Positions 38,701 through 47,541 of a DNA stretch of 55,758 nt are shown here, piece by piece (positions within the stretch are counted from its first letter, which is position 1; each line of letters begins with the position of its first letter). Under the pieces are notes generated by a model that saw nothing but the letters and a program-made list of their open reading frames with translations, was not told the DNA's origin and searched no databases. The stretch is from Hormoscilla sp. (GTDB lineage: Bacteria > Cyanobacteriota > Cyanobacteriia > Cyanobacteriales > Desertifilaceae): contig JBFRWI010000198.1 of the NCBI GenBank assembly GCA_051439505.1, positions 1 through 55,758 on the forward strand, read 5' to 3'. Position numbers and translations under genes: made by a program.

Positions 38701-39942
38701 TTTTTGCGCCACTTTCAACCAACTTTCAGCACTCCGCAAGTTATAACCCCGCAGCAGAATGCTAGGATTATTTTGCTGCCGCTGCCACTTCAGGGCTTTT
38801 GTCAACATAATTTTATGCTCCTTGTAATAAGCTGCCTCAGTATGCAAAATCTTCAACAGTTGGCTTTCATCAAGCAGGTAATCTTCTTCTTTGACATTAT
38901 CCGTCAGGTCAATATACTGCAAATCTCGCAGGACCGTCAGTTCCTGGGTCGGGTCAGTCGATCGCACCAGTACGGGAATTATCCGCTTATTCAGCTCCAC
39001 AGCTAAGTCTAATTCTTGCTGACAGTAAGTCGAGTTGATTGAGTCAGGGGACAGTAGATAAACCAGATTATCCGCTTGTTCGATCCCTCGGTTAATCGCT
39101 TCGGTAAACGCTTCCCCCGTTTGAATATCCGTTGTATTCGTCCACACCGTAATCCCTTCTCGCCTCAGACTGTTGCGAATCTTCTCCATTGTCGCCCTAT
39201 CTTCATCGGCATAGGACAGAAATACCTGGGTCATCAAGTTGTTGGCATTCTTGATGCTTTCGGTGATGAACTCACAATGGATGTCTGCGGGAGTACAAGG
39301 AGGTTGTTCGTTTTTAAACCTGATTTTTAACCAAGCTTCCCCCTGCTGTCTCTCTTCCCCAGTTAACAAGTAGCTCGTTTGCTTTTGATGCCGCTCCCAC
39401 TCTAAAGCTTTAACTAAAAACTGGGTATGCTGTTCTACATAATCTGTATGAGAGCGGAGTAAATCGATTAATGAGGCTAATGATTTCTCAAAATCGTTTA
39501 CCCCCTCTTGGAAATACAGCGAGTTGAGCTTGCTAATTATCGGGTGCATCTTCGGATTATTGTACGTATGATGCGACCCTTCCGCTTTATAAGCTTCCCA
39601 CTGGGACGCCGTGCCCGCCGGGTTTCTTTGCTGCCATGTTTCCCGGCTAATTTCCATCACGTGTAACAGTGGGATAATGCGTTTCTTTAGTTGGCACGCG
39701 AGCTGGATTTCTTTGCGACAATAGGCAGAATTTACCGAATGAGGACTAATGATGAACAGGAAGTTCTGTGATTTTTCAATCCCATCATCTATTTGATTCT
39801 GGAAATCGACTGCCAGGGGAATGTCATTGAAGTCAAACCAGACTCGGAACCCCTGTTCTGACAAGCGAGCCTGAAGTTTTATAGCAAAGGCTTTACTATC
39901 AGCTCGTCCGTAAGATATAAAAGCATCGAACATTTCAGTCAT
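35755..39942 (-). CDS. Triple TIR - TM - WD40 repeat protein
   Basis: Three TIR units (AFISYGRAD..YCRKEI; VFLSYADED..YCQQEL; VFISYSRSD..YCADEV), hydrophobic helix LKILLGVVLLAGVVSAALGL, about 14 GH..V..VAFSPDG..D..VKLW repeats. GGAGG SD. Confidence 0.93.
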   Translation of the reverse strand: MTEMFDAFISYGRADSKAFAIKLQARLSEQGFRVWFDFNDIPLAVDFQNQIDDGIEKSQNFLFIISPHSVNSAYCRKEIQLACQLKKRIIPLLHVMEISRETWQQRNPAGTASQWEAYKAEGSHHTYNNPKMHPIISKLNSLYFQEGVNDFEKSLASLIDLLRSHTDYVEQHTQFLVKALEWERHQKQTSYLLTGEERQQGEAWLKIRFKNEQPPCTPADIHCEFITESIKNANNLMTQVFLSYADEDRATMEKIRNSLRREGITVWTNTTDIQTGEAFTEAINRGIEQADNLVYLLSPDSINSTYCQQELDLAVELNKRIIPVLVRSTDPTQELTVLRDLQYIDLTDNVKEEDYLLDESQLLKILHTEAAYYKEHKIMLTKALKWQRQQNNPSILLRGYNLRSAESWLKVAQKRRQHPPTPLQEEFITESLRQPPLESLDVFISYSRSDSDLARKLNDALQMQGKMTWFDQESIAEGTDFQQEIKKGIKACDNFLFIISPRSVNSPYCADEVEYAASLNKRFVTVLHREVNTGDLHPELAKVQWLDFNRHQGDFNVNFNQLVRTLDTDREHLRSHTKWLQRALDWDRRDKTADLLLRGSEFAVAENWLSTALAESKQPVPTALQQTFIESSHQAIISADEAEKERQAKLLRLQEEKSKEAEGRLVEEKKSARRLKILLGVVLLAGVVSAALGLEARNQYIEAEEQRKEALARKKEALAAEATAEAKSSEAFDAFDKNFEALLKALQAKEALQRLEDPSQKTKSAVDGALQQAVFGVREYNRLSGHKAGAIAVAISPDGKMIASGGADNNVILWDRDGQQRQMLKGHQGSVNDIAFSPDGELIASASVDNTVKLWQRDGTLLTTLEGHTDEVKAVAFSPDGEVIATASNDFTLKLWNRDGTLLDTLYGHTDEVKAVAFSPDGEVIATASDDRTVKLWNRDGTFLYSLDGHTDEVNAVAFSPDGKLIATASDDKTVKLWNLDGTSVTTLEGHSNHVNAVAFSPDSSAIATASNDGTVKLWWPDGTLLDTLSGHGNKVNSVSFSSDGETIASASEDNTVRLWKLNKFDSNSFLNILYEHQDDVRAVAFSPDGEYIASASDDNTVKVWRKRDSKLLMTLPETDQVWDIAFSPDGQLIATASRNKEVKVWNLDGTLRTTIFERDKVNRVSFSPNSQLIATASHDNTVKLWRRDGSLVATLEGHSDKVKSVHFSPDGKLIVSGSSDKSIKIWNESGTLLSTLTAHHGPVNDVSFSPDGQMIVSAGVDNRIKLWTRDGILLKIVHSFSEHAESVNEVVFSPDGEMMASVSADDTVKIWTRDENLGWKEAIALYEHSDAVKGVAFSPDGKSFVSVGSDNKVIWWNVEKVLQPQNNLQKEGCSWLRDYLQTEKSPAVCDRLGD

Positions 39943-40025
39943 TATGGTACCTCCACAAATATCTGGCTAAAACCATTATAGAGCGAGAGTTGCTCCGATT
40001 TGCGATCGCGCCTTATGGCCCCAAG

Positions 40026-40661
40026 CTATGCTGTTTCCTTCTTCCTCATAGGAGATGGGAGATTTGGGGTTCCCGACGCACTTACCGGGCGAGACAAAGA
40101 GGAAGGAGTTCGCCCCTGGTTTTCTTGCTGTTGTTTTTCTTTGTTGGCCTTTTCATCGAGTAGATCCATGAATGCTTGCACATCTTCTTGGATGAACTTT
40201 TCAATTCGGAAAGCGAAGGTAGAATAGGCTTGCATGTGGTCGGGGTAGTCTTGATAAGAGCCACTTAATTGCAAGAATTTCCACGCCTCGCTTTTTAAGG
40301 ACTCGGCTGTTTTCCGGTATGTAGTGTATTTGTCGCCAAAATGAAAATACTCCTCGACTGCGGCGCAGATCGCCACCATCTGGCTGAGGAAAAAGGTAAT
40401 CCAGCCAATATATACTCCGAATTGGTTATCATTGAAGTTCAGACTTACCAAGGCGGGAATCATCACGCCGCCAACAATGGTCATCAGGCGGAGGCGGGTT
40501 GACCATTTACTCGCCCGATCGGCCTTACCTTCCAACCACAATAGCTGATCCAGCCAGCGGGATTTCATAAACCGCTTTTGTGCATCTGGGAGTTCCAGCT
40601 CATCTATGATCTCCGTAAATTCCTTTTTTAAGTATTCTCGATAAGGATTTTTACTTGCCAT
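40026..40661 (-). CDS. SLATT/DUF4231-family two-TM protein
   Basis: RWLDQL.W.E.KA, TM1 LRLMTIVGGVMIPALVSL, TM2 WITFFLSQMVAICAAVEEYF, YRKTAESLKSE.W.F.QLSG.Y. AAAGGAGG SD before ATG 40661. Confidence 0.85.
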   Translation of the reverse strand: MASKNPYREYLKKEFTEIIDELELPDAQKRFMKSRWLDQLLWLEGKADRASKWSTRLRLMTIVGGVMIPALVSLNFNDNQFGVYIGWITFFLSQMVAICAAVEEYFHFGDKYTTYRKTAESLKSEAWKFLQLSGSYQDYPDHMQAYSTFAFRIEKFIQEDVQAFMDLLDEKANKEKQQQENQGRTPSSLSRPVSASGTPNLPSPMRKKETA

Positions 40662-40892
40662 CTTGCTAGCCTCCTTTCTCTCTATTGCTCTGGCGATGGC
40701 CTTGCACAATTTTTCAGCCCCAATTCCTGGCTGCTGATTTTTCCCCAGCTTAGCATATTTCGCTCGTTCGTCTTTCGCTTAAATCTGGAGATGCACCCGG
40801 CTATCAACTACTTATCACCACACCCCGCTCGACGGGTGTGGTCAAAACCCGTATATTGAGATTTGGGACAAGCAATTGTCAATTACTATTAC

Positions 40893-41093
40893 TTAATAGG
40901 AAATTCTTGAATGCTTCCAGAGCCTAGAAGGCAATGGGGGCAAGGATCTCAGCCGATGAAGAGGATCGAATTCCCCAGACCCAGGAACGACGAAACTGGG
41001 TCCAGGCTCGACGAAACTGGGTCCAGGCTCGACGAAACCAGAGCCAGGCTCGACGAAACTGGGTCGGTGGATCTGCAATACTCGATCGACCAT
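40893..41093 (-). CDS. 66-aa micropeptide with four PSFVEPG-type heptads (21-bp repeats at 40981-41064)
   Basis: Perfect TAAGGAGGT SD 7 nt before ATG 41093; same strand as its neighbours. Confidence 0.55.
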   Translation of the reverse strand: MVDRVLQIHRPSFVEPGSGFVEPGPSFVEPGPSFVVPGSGEFDPLHRLRSLPPLPSRLWKHSRISY

Positions 41094-41428
41094 AAGCATT
41101 ACCTCCTTAAGTTATGCTGCGGGTTTTGTCAAGGAGGGGACTTCCCTGGCCAGGATAGTACGGAACCCCAGAGGGAGCAGGGAGCAGGGAGCAGGGAGCA
41201 GGGAGAGGGGAGCGTTCTTGAGGGGTCCGAAACACCAAGAGCGTGAGTCCGAGAGTCGATTTTATGCATGATGCACATATCTTTTAAGATGTCGGCGTAT
41301 TATTAATGGACCGACGCTCTAGAACTTGCGAAACCTGGTTTCTGTGGTCAAAGCATTGATATCTCGTTGATAGCGACATGAGAAACCCGGTTTCTAGCCA
41401 TCACGCGACCGATGTCCTAGGCGGCGAC

Positions 41429-41554
41429 GGGTGTGGTCAAAACCCGTCGATCATTCATTGGCCCTCCCAGTCGCCGGATCCCCCCAAACCCCCCCTTCCG
41501 TTACAAGGGGGGGTTTGGGGGGGATCGGGCGATCAACTACTTTTGACCACACCC
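41429..41554. mobile_element. GGGTGTGGTCAAAA-family MITE, opposite orientation to the 5912 copy
   Basis: Both TIRs and the same C/G-rich internal hairpin; no TSD visible. Confidence 0.85.
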
Positions 41555-41595
41555 GCACAAAGTGGACAGCCTAGGCACTGCCCACCCGGAGGCGT

Positions 41596-43188
41596 TTACC
41601 GAACATCAACAAACCTGACAACCGTCTTGGTTAAACCCCGAAGGGGTTGCCTCTTCTCACCTTTGCGATTGAGAGGTTGTTTGATGGATTTAACCTTAGC
41701 ACCATAAAGGTAAGGACGAATTTGAGTCTTCTCGGGAATTTCCTTAAAGGCAAAGTACAATTTTACAGGCTTCTTGTGAATTGCTTGTCCAGTTATATAG
41801 CCAACGAGATCGTGCTCGAAGCTGTGGAAGGCATTTTTCCAAGAATGTTGCTTGGGTAAGCTCATATCTGGGGTCTTGTCTGACGCCTTAACTTTGTGCC
41901 AAATGCCTCCATGTTCGTGGTCTACCATATACTCAAACCAGTAAGCATAGGTGGTAGGCAGATATTTGGCGTAGGAAGGATCCCGCAAGCTGAACGTGGC
42001 GGCGGTTTGATCTAGTTCTGCTAAAATCCACCACTCTTTATCCCGGTCGATCGATCCGTCTTTCTTGGGTTTCAGTCCCCATGTTCCATCTGATAGAAAG
42101 GCTTCTTCAAGGATTAAAGGAGCTTTTTCTTGGGCGAAGGCCGTGAGTTCGTAATGTCCAGTCAGCTTGCCAATTTCATAGATCAGCCACAGGGTTTTAA
42201 TGGAGTGACCGAAGTCAGTATGATCCGTTTCTAACTGTTGGTTGACCGGATCTGTAATCGCACCGAAGAAAATATTATTCTCTGGCGTATAGAACTGCTC
42301 GCTCATAATCGTGGCCAGATGCACTAAGTCATCTTCCCATTGCGAGCGGAGGGTTTTGCCATTAAATGTTTCTGGCAAGGTGGGAGTCAGCAACAACATA
42401 TAGCCATAAACTTGGTCGAGTTGAGCGACTAATTCCCGTTGCTTGGTGCTAACTTTTTCTTTCGTACCGTCTGGATTAACGTAATCTACGTAATCTTCGT
42501 GCGCCCAGGCTAGTAAGCCCCATTCTTCGTCATAATAGGTGTCAAAAATGTAATCTTTGAGGGCGACGATATCTGCCAATACCTCGGGGTCACGGGTGAG
42601 ATAGTAGTAAAATCCCAAACCGGAAACAGCATAAGCCATGTCTTGACTGATGCGTCGAGCTTCACTCGGTAGGCCGACCCCATCTTCAAAGTAGGTGTAG
42701 GCTCCACCTTCTAGGGCTAAAGCATGTTCCCGCAAATAGTCTACTCCAGCTTTAGCCAGTTTCAGGTATTTGCCCTTTCCGGTGAGATTGTAAGCGACAC
42801 CGTAGGCAAAGATTTGTCGGGACTTGGCGCGGACGTACTCCCGTTCGGGCTTGACGATGTAGGGAATGGGACCGGCAAGTTCTGGGCAGGGATCTTCCGG
42901 ATCGCGCAAGGAACCGTCATTGCAGCGATAGGTTGGGTAGTTGCCAATAGGATCGCCGTATGCCGCTTTCATATCCCAGAAGGGCAGCAAGTCTTCTTCC
43001 AGGTGCTGGAGCCAGCGATCGCCTGTAGGAACATCGGCGATAATTGCCTCGATATTATCGTCAGCATATTGACGAGCCTCCGAAACGAATGCGGAAGCCG
43101 GTGTAACGCCATATACAAACAGAAGTGCGAAACTCAGCAATAGGCTGGCTGCCATCTTGAATAGACGATGGCGATAAGGGTCGAACAT
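41596..43188 (-). CDS. AGE/cellobiose-2-epimerase superfamily (alpha/alpha)6-barrel protein with N-terminal signal peptide
   Basis: LEEDLLPFW, SRQIFAY..AY..TG...YL.LAKAGVDYL, DFGHSIK..W, KEWWILAE, D.EHGG.W, WKNAFHS. Hydrophobic leader ending ASA. Start uncertain (43188 or upstream). Confidence 0.75.
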   Translation of the reverse strand: MFDPYRHRLFKMAASLLLSFALLFVYGVTPASAFVSEARQYADDNIEAIIADVPTGDRWLQHLEEDLLPFWDMKAAYGDPIGNYPTYRCNDGSLRDPEDPCPELAGPIPYIVKPEREYVRAKSRQIFAYGVAYNLTGKGKYLKLAKAGVDYLREHALALEGGAYTYFEDGVGLPSEARRISQDMAYAVSGLGFYYYLTRDPEVLADIVALKDYIFDTYYDEEWGLLAWAHEDYVDYVNPDGTKEKVSTKQRELVAQLDQVYGYMLLLTPTLPETFNGKTLRSQWEDDLVHLATIMSEQFYTPENNIFFGAITDPVNQQLETDHTDFGHSIKTLWLIYEIGKLTGHYELTAFAQEKAPLILEEAFLSDGTWGLKPKKDGSIDRDKEWWILAELDQTAATFSLRDPSYAKYLPTTYAYWFEYMVDHEHGGIWHKVKASDKTPDMSLPKQHSWKNAFHSFEHDLVGYITGQAIHKKPVKLYFAFKEIPEKTQIRPYLYGAKVKSIKQPLNRKGEKRQPLRGLTKTVVRFVDVR

Positions 43189-43485
43189 GAGAACTCTTCT
43201 TTTCTTTTGAGGTTGCCAAAAAAACACAAAGCCTTTCTGGTGGGCTTGGTTCTGATCCACTATATCCCCCTTGTTTGTCAATGTCAAGCCCCTATCTCTA
43301 CTTTTTTTAGTCCCGTTCTCCACCTTTTTGGGCCTATATGCACAAACTCAATAATTTGTCAAGTCCCCCTTATCCACCTTTTTGGAAGGTAGGGCAGAGA
43401 TAGCCGACAACCGGTTGGGGAAAATACTATCCATACAACTTGATCGCGATTGTCTTCGTGGCGCAACAGCTTAATACCGAATAGC

Positions 43486-43743
43486 TTACCACTTCAGGAA
43501 CGCTGCATCCACTCCCCGATCGCGCCTAATTTTCCCATCTTTTTCAAACCAGTAAATCACCTGCTGATGGGTGAGTTCTTCCATAGGAACCTCTGTATCT
43601 GCAGCGATCTGCTTCAATAGTCTTAGAGATGAAATCGTCAATCTAGTCAAAAACTTCTCAGAACTAGAGAGTAAAGCTTTGTCTACATCTGCTGACTCTT
43701 CTGGGGTTAAAAATTGCGCTGATGGTTGTTGTCCTGCTTCCAT
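43486..43743 (-). CDS. Conserved cyanobacterial hypothetical protein
   Basis: FLTPEESA.VD.ALLSS.EKFLTRLTISSL..WFEKD..FLKW; gene-like ORF. Confidence 0.7.
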   Translation of the reverse strand: MEAGQQPSAQFLTPEESADVDKALLSSSEKFLTRLTISSLRLLKQIAADTEVPMEELTHQQVIYWFEKDGKIRRDRGVDAAFLKW

Positions 43744-43943
43744 GAAATTTATCCTACTGATATTTACAATTGCTAAACTTCGCTGTTAGCGCTGTTAGCC
43801 CGCCGTGGGTTCAAACCCCGCGTTCCCAGGCGGGAGCCAGGGAACGAGGCTAAAGTCTGTTAAAACAGACTAAGAGAATAATACCGAACCAGAGAATAAT
43901 TGTAGCATTTTTTTCTAAGATGGTATAACTCAATAGCCGTAAT

Positions 43944-44564
43944 TTATTTACTTGTCCCTACCTGCAATACCTGCCTTGCCGTCAAAGGTAACTCTTGAGC
44001 AAATTCTGACAGCAGAACAGAGGCGATCGCATCATCTCCGGCAAACACTGCTTCTTCATAAAGTCCATCCACCAGAGTCAATACTGTAATCTGCTCCTGT
44101 ATCGGATCGACGATCCAATATTCGGCAATTCCTCGGGCTTGGTATTGCGATCGCTTGTAGCGATAATCTCGGTCTGCATTTTCCCGTCCGGGGCTGACTA
44201 CCTCCACCACTAACTGCGGCGGTGGCATATCAGGCTTCACCATGGAACGACTTGCCCCTTCCAATGCTTGCACCAATTCCTCTGTCAGCACCATCAAATC
44301 TGGGAGTCGCACTGATGATCGCCTCCCGGTAACCGCCACTTCTGTCTTCATGGTCAACCGAGAAAAGGAAATCCCCAGTCCGATAAAATACGCCAACAAA
44401 AACATTGCAATACGTCGATTTAAGTCGCTCTCGCTTGACATAAACAGTAATCTCCCATCTTCTAGCTCATAACGAGCATCTGTACCATCATCATGGTTGA
44501 GAAAGTCCTCCAAGGACATGACATCCGATGTCACATCTTCCCTTATACTGACTGCATTCGTCAT
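43944..44564 (-). CDS. Uma2-family (DUF820) endonuclease-fold protein
   Basis: YELEDG.L, R.PDLMV, PPQLVVEVVSPG..RDYRYKR.QY..RGIAEYWIVDP. Confidence 0.92.
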   Translation of the reverse strand: MTNAVSIREDVTSDVMSLEDFLNHDDGTDARYELEDGRLLFMSSESDLNRRIAMFLLAYFIGLGISFSRLTMKTEVAVTGRRSSVRLPDLMVLTEELVQALEGASRSMVKPDMPPPQLVVEVVSPGRENADRDYRYKRSQYQARGIAEYWIVDPIQEQITVLTLVDGLYEEAVFAGDDAIASVLLSEFAQELPLTARQVLQVGTSK

Positions 44565-44723
44565 GCTATCATTCCTCCCATAACCACAGTTTGGCGATCT
44601 TTTTCAATCATAACCTGCCTCCCGTAGCGCAGCGATCGCTACCGCCCTATTGCTTGGTAGCGAATATTTCTTGTGCTGCTTCCCTGTAATTTATACTACC
44701 GATACATTTACACTAGCCAAATC

Positions 44724-45425
44724 CTAAGCTGACTCAGCTTGCTCTTCTAAGCGCGGGGAGATTAAATAACCGCACCTATGTTCGCCATCAATAATCCACT
44801 GGGTGCGTTCCACCTGGCAATCTGGCAGTACATCTGCAAACATCTCCAACTCGTGGCCGCAGACCGTGGGAAAGGATGAGGCCACGTCGGCAATGGCACA
44901 ATTATGCTCTATTAAGATGAACCGGCTGCTAGGAGCATCTTCTGTGCCATCTGTTTCCACAGGATGCCACTCGGCCATGTAGCCTTCCGCTTTTCTCAGT
45001 TCGACTAAAGTGGCCACCCGTTCCCGCAATGAACCGGCGCTCAGGCGCTCGCGATAGACCTTCGCCTTCCGTTCCCACTGCTTGCGCAGGATCGAACTTA
45101 CCTGGTCTTTTCCTACTGTCTCCGCCAGGGTATCCAGCAGGGACACCGCAAACTCGGCGTGGCTATCACCGAAGCGATCGCGTCCCTGGCGACTGAGTTG
45201 ATAGAGGTACTGGGGGCGTCCCATAGTCTGACCGGTCCGGACCGGCCACCCTTTCGCTACTTGCTGGTCGATCGATCCGGCAGCCTGCAAGTCCTTGAGG
45301 TGACGGCGGATCCCTTGGGGGCTAATCCCCAGATATTGGGCCATTTCCTGAGCCGTTGCTTGACCTTGCTTGAGCAAATATTGTAGAATGCCTTGTTTGG
45401 TGGAGGATTGCTGGGTGGTTGTCAT
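44724..45425 (-). CDS. sufR: Fe-S cluster biosynthesis repressor SufR
   Basis: wHTH (ISPQGIRRHLKDL, MGRP), EHNCAI..VC.HELEMF, GEHRCGY. Divergent from the suf operon. Confidence 0.95.
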   Translation of the reverse strand: MTTTQQSSTKQGILQYLLKQGQATAQEMAQYLGISPQGIRRHLKDLQAAGSIDQQVAKGWPVRTGQTMGRPQYLYQLSRQGRDRFGDSHAEFAVSLLDTLAETVGKDQVSSILRKQWERKAKVYRERLSAGSLRERVATLVELRKAEGYMAEWHPVETDGTEDAPSSRFILIEHNCAIADVASSFPTVCGHELEMFADVLPDCQVERTQWIIDGEHRCGYLISPRLEEQAESA

Positions 45426-45476
45426 CGTCTTCGCAAAACTTTACTTGGCGAACGGCAAAAAAAATTTTTACTTAAA

Positions 45477-45531
45477 CAACACATATGTTGCTAAACTATC
45501 CTAAGATAGGAGTTAAGCAACAAATAGGTTG
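45477..45531. promoter_or_regulatory. Two SufR operators CAAC-N6-GTTG
   Basis: CAACACATATGTTG at 45477-45490 and CAACAAATAGGTTG at 45518-45531, between sufR and ftrC/sufB. Confidence 0.85.
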
Positions 45532-45571
45532 TTTAACTCATTATACTCAGATCCTTAGACAGGTCACCTAT

Positions 45572-45931
45572 ATGAACTCAGCAAACGGCACCAAGCAAGC
45601 AACAGAGAAGAGCCTGGAGGCGATGCGGCACTTCTCAGAGACATACGCCCAGCGAACTGGCACCTACTTCTGCTCGGATATCAGCGTCACAGCTGTGGTG
45701 GTGGAAGGACTAGCGAAGCACAAGGATGAGTTGGGTGCGCCCTTATGTCCTTGCCGTCACTACGAGGACAAACAGGCCGAAGCGGCAGCTGCATACTGGA
45801 ATTGCCCCTGCGTGCCCATGCGGGAACGTAAAGAATGCCACTGCATGCTGTTCCTGACGCCAGACAACGACTTTGCTGGCGATAAGCAAAACATTACAAC
45901 AGAGGAAATTCGCTCCTATACCAGTCAGTGA
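45572..45931 (+). CDS. ftrC: Ferredoxin-thioredoxin reductase catalytic subunit
   Basis: CPCRHY, WNCPCVPMRERKECHCMLF. Confidence 0.96.
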   Translation: MNSANGTKQATEKSLEAMRHFSETYAQRTGTYFCSDISVTAVVVEGLAKHKDELGAPLCPCRHYEDKQAEAAAAYWNCPCVPMRERKECHCMLFLTPDNDFAGDKQNITTEEIRSYTSQ

Positions 45932-46025
45932 TGACAGTCGGGGAATTTTAGCTAGCAACTGCCCCCCCGACTGTGTCATAGTTTACCCCATTCCCAGTCC
46001 CTGGCAAGATTAAGAGAACACCAAA

Positions 46026-47465
46026 ATGGCTACCAGCGTTAAAACTTTAGTAAATCAACCCTACAAGTACGGCTTCGTCACTGATATTGAAACGGATACT
46101 ATCCCTCGCGGTTTGAGTGAGGATGTGGTGCGCCTGATATCGGCTAAAAAAGAGGAACCCTCATTCATGCTGGAATTCCGCCTCAAAGCTTACCGCAAGT
46201 GGCTGACGATGACAGAACCTACTTGGCCCCATGTCAGCTATCCCCCGATCGACTATCAAGACGTTATCTATTATTCAGCGCCGAAACAGAAAAAGGAAAA
46301 GCTGAATTCTCTCGATGACGTGGACCCGGCCCTGCTAGAAACCTTCGAGAAGCTGGGTATCCCTTTATCCGAACAAAAGCGGCTCTCTAATGTTGCCGTA
46401 GATGCGGTCTTCGATAGCGTCTCGATCGCCACCACCTTCAGAGAGAAACTGGCGAAGGAGGGAGTAATCTTTTGCTCGATCTCGGAAGCGGTAAAGGAAT
46501 ATCCCGAATTGGTAGAAAAGTATTTGGGCAGCGTGGTGCCAGTGGGAGATAATTACTTTGCAGCTCTCAACTCAGCCGTGTTCAGCGATGGCTCCTTTGT
46601 ATATATTCCCAAAAATACGAAATGCCCGATGGAGTTGTCCACCTACTTCCGGATCAACAGCGGCGACACGGGACAGTTCGAGCGTACATTGATTATTGCA
46701 GAGGAAGGCAGTGAAGTCTCCTATCTAGAAGGCTGCACCGCCCCCATGTTCGACACCAACCAGTTGCACGCCGCAGTAGTAGAACTGGTCGCCCTGGATA
46801 ATGCGGACATCAAATACTCCACAGTGCAAAACTGGTACGCTGGGGATGCCAACGGCAAGGGTGGGATATACAACTTTGTCACCAAGCGGGGATTGTGTAA
46901 AGGGGTGAATTCCAAGATTTCCTGGACCCAGGTAGAAACGGGTTCGGCGATCACCTGGAAATATCCCAGTTGCGTATTAGTGGGGGATAACTCGGTGGGC
47001 GAGTTTTACTCGGTGGCCCTGACCAATAATAAGCAGCAAGCTGACACGGGCACCAAGATGGTGCATATCGGTAAAAACACTCGCAGCACGATTATTTCCA
47101 AGGGGATATCTGCGGGCAACTCCCAGAATAGCTATCGGGGTTTGGTGAAAGTTGGTCCGAAGGCAAAGGGGGCACGTAACTATTCTCAATGCGACTCGAT
47201 GCTAATAGGCGATAACGCTGAGGCGAACACTTTTCCTTATATCCAGGTGCAAGAGAATACTGGTAAGGTAGAACATGAAGCTTCAACCTCGAAGATTGGA
47301 GAAGACCAACTGTTCTATTTCGCCCAGCGGGGCATTTCGGCAGAAGACGCGATCTCGATGATGATTAGTGGTTTCTGTAAGGATGTCTTCAATCAGTTGC
47401 CGATGGAATTTGCTGTGGAAGCTGACCGGTTGTTGAGCCTGAAGTTAGAAGGTTCGGTTGGGTAA
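46026..47465 (+). CDS. sufB: Fe-S assembly protein SufB
   Basis: [38 protein letters not shown] end. Confidence 0.98.
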   Translation: MATSVKTLVNQPYKYGFVTDIETDTIPRGLSEDVVRLISAKKEEPSFMLEFRLKAYRKWLTMTEPTWPHVSYPPIDYQDVIYYSAPKQKKEKLNSLDDVDPALLETFEKLGIPLSEQKRLSNVAVDAVFDSVSIATTFREKLAKEGVIFCSISEAVKEYPELVEKYLGSVVPVGDNYFAALNSAVFSDGSFVYIPKNTKCPMELSTYFRINSGDTGQFERTLIIAEEGSEVSYLEGCTAPMFDTNQLHAAVVELVALDNADIKYSTVQNWYAGDANGKGGIYNFVTKRGLCKGVNSKISWTQVETGSAITWKYPSCVLVGDNSVGEFYSVALTNNKQQADTGTKMVHIGKNTRSTIISKGISAGNSQNSYRGLVKVGPKAKGARNYSQCDSMLIGDNAEANTFPYIQVQENTGKVEHEASTSKIGEDQLFYFAQRGISAEDAISMMISGFCKDVFNQLPMEFAVEADRLLSLKLEGSVG

Positions 47466-47541
47466 AGATTAACTTATTCGTAGGTGGGGTTTTGTGAGAC
47501 AACCCCCACCTACAACATGCAGAGAGGAGAAAAGGTAAGGA

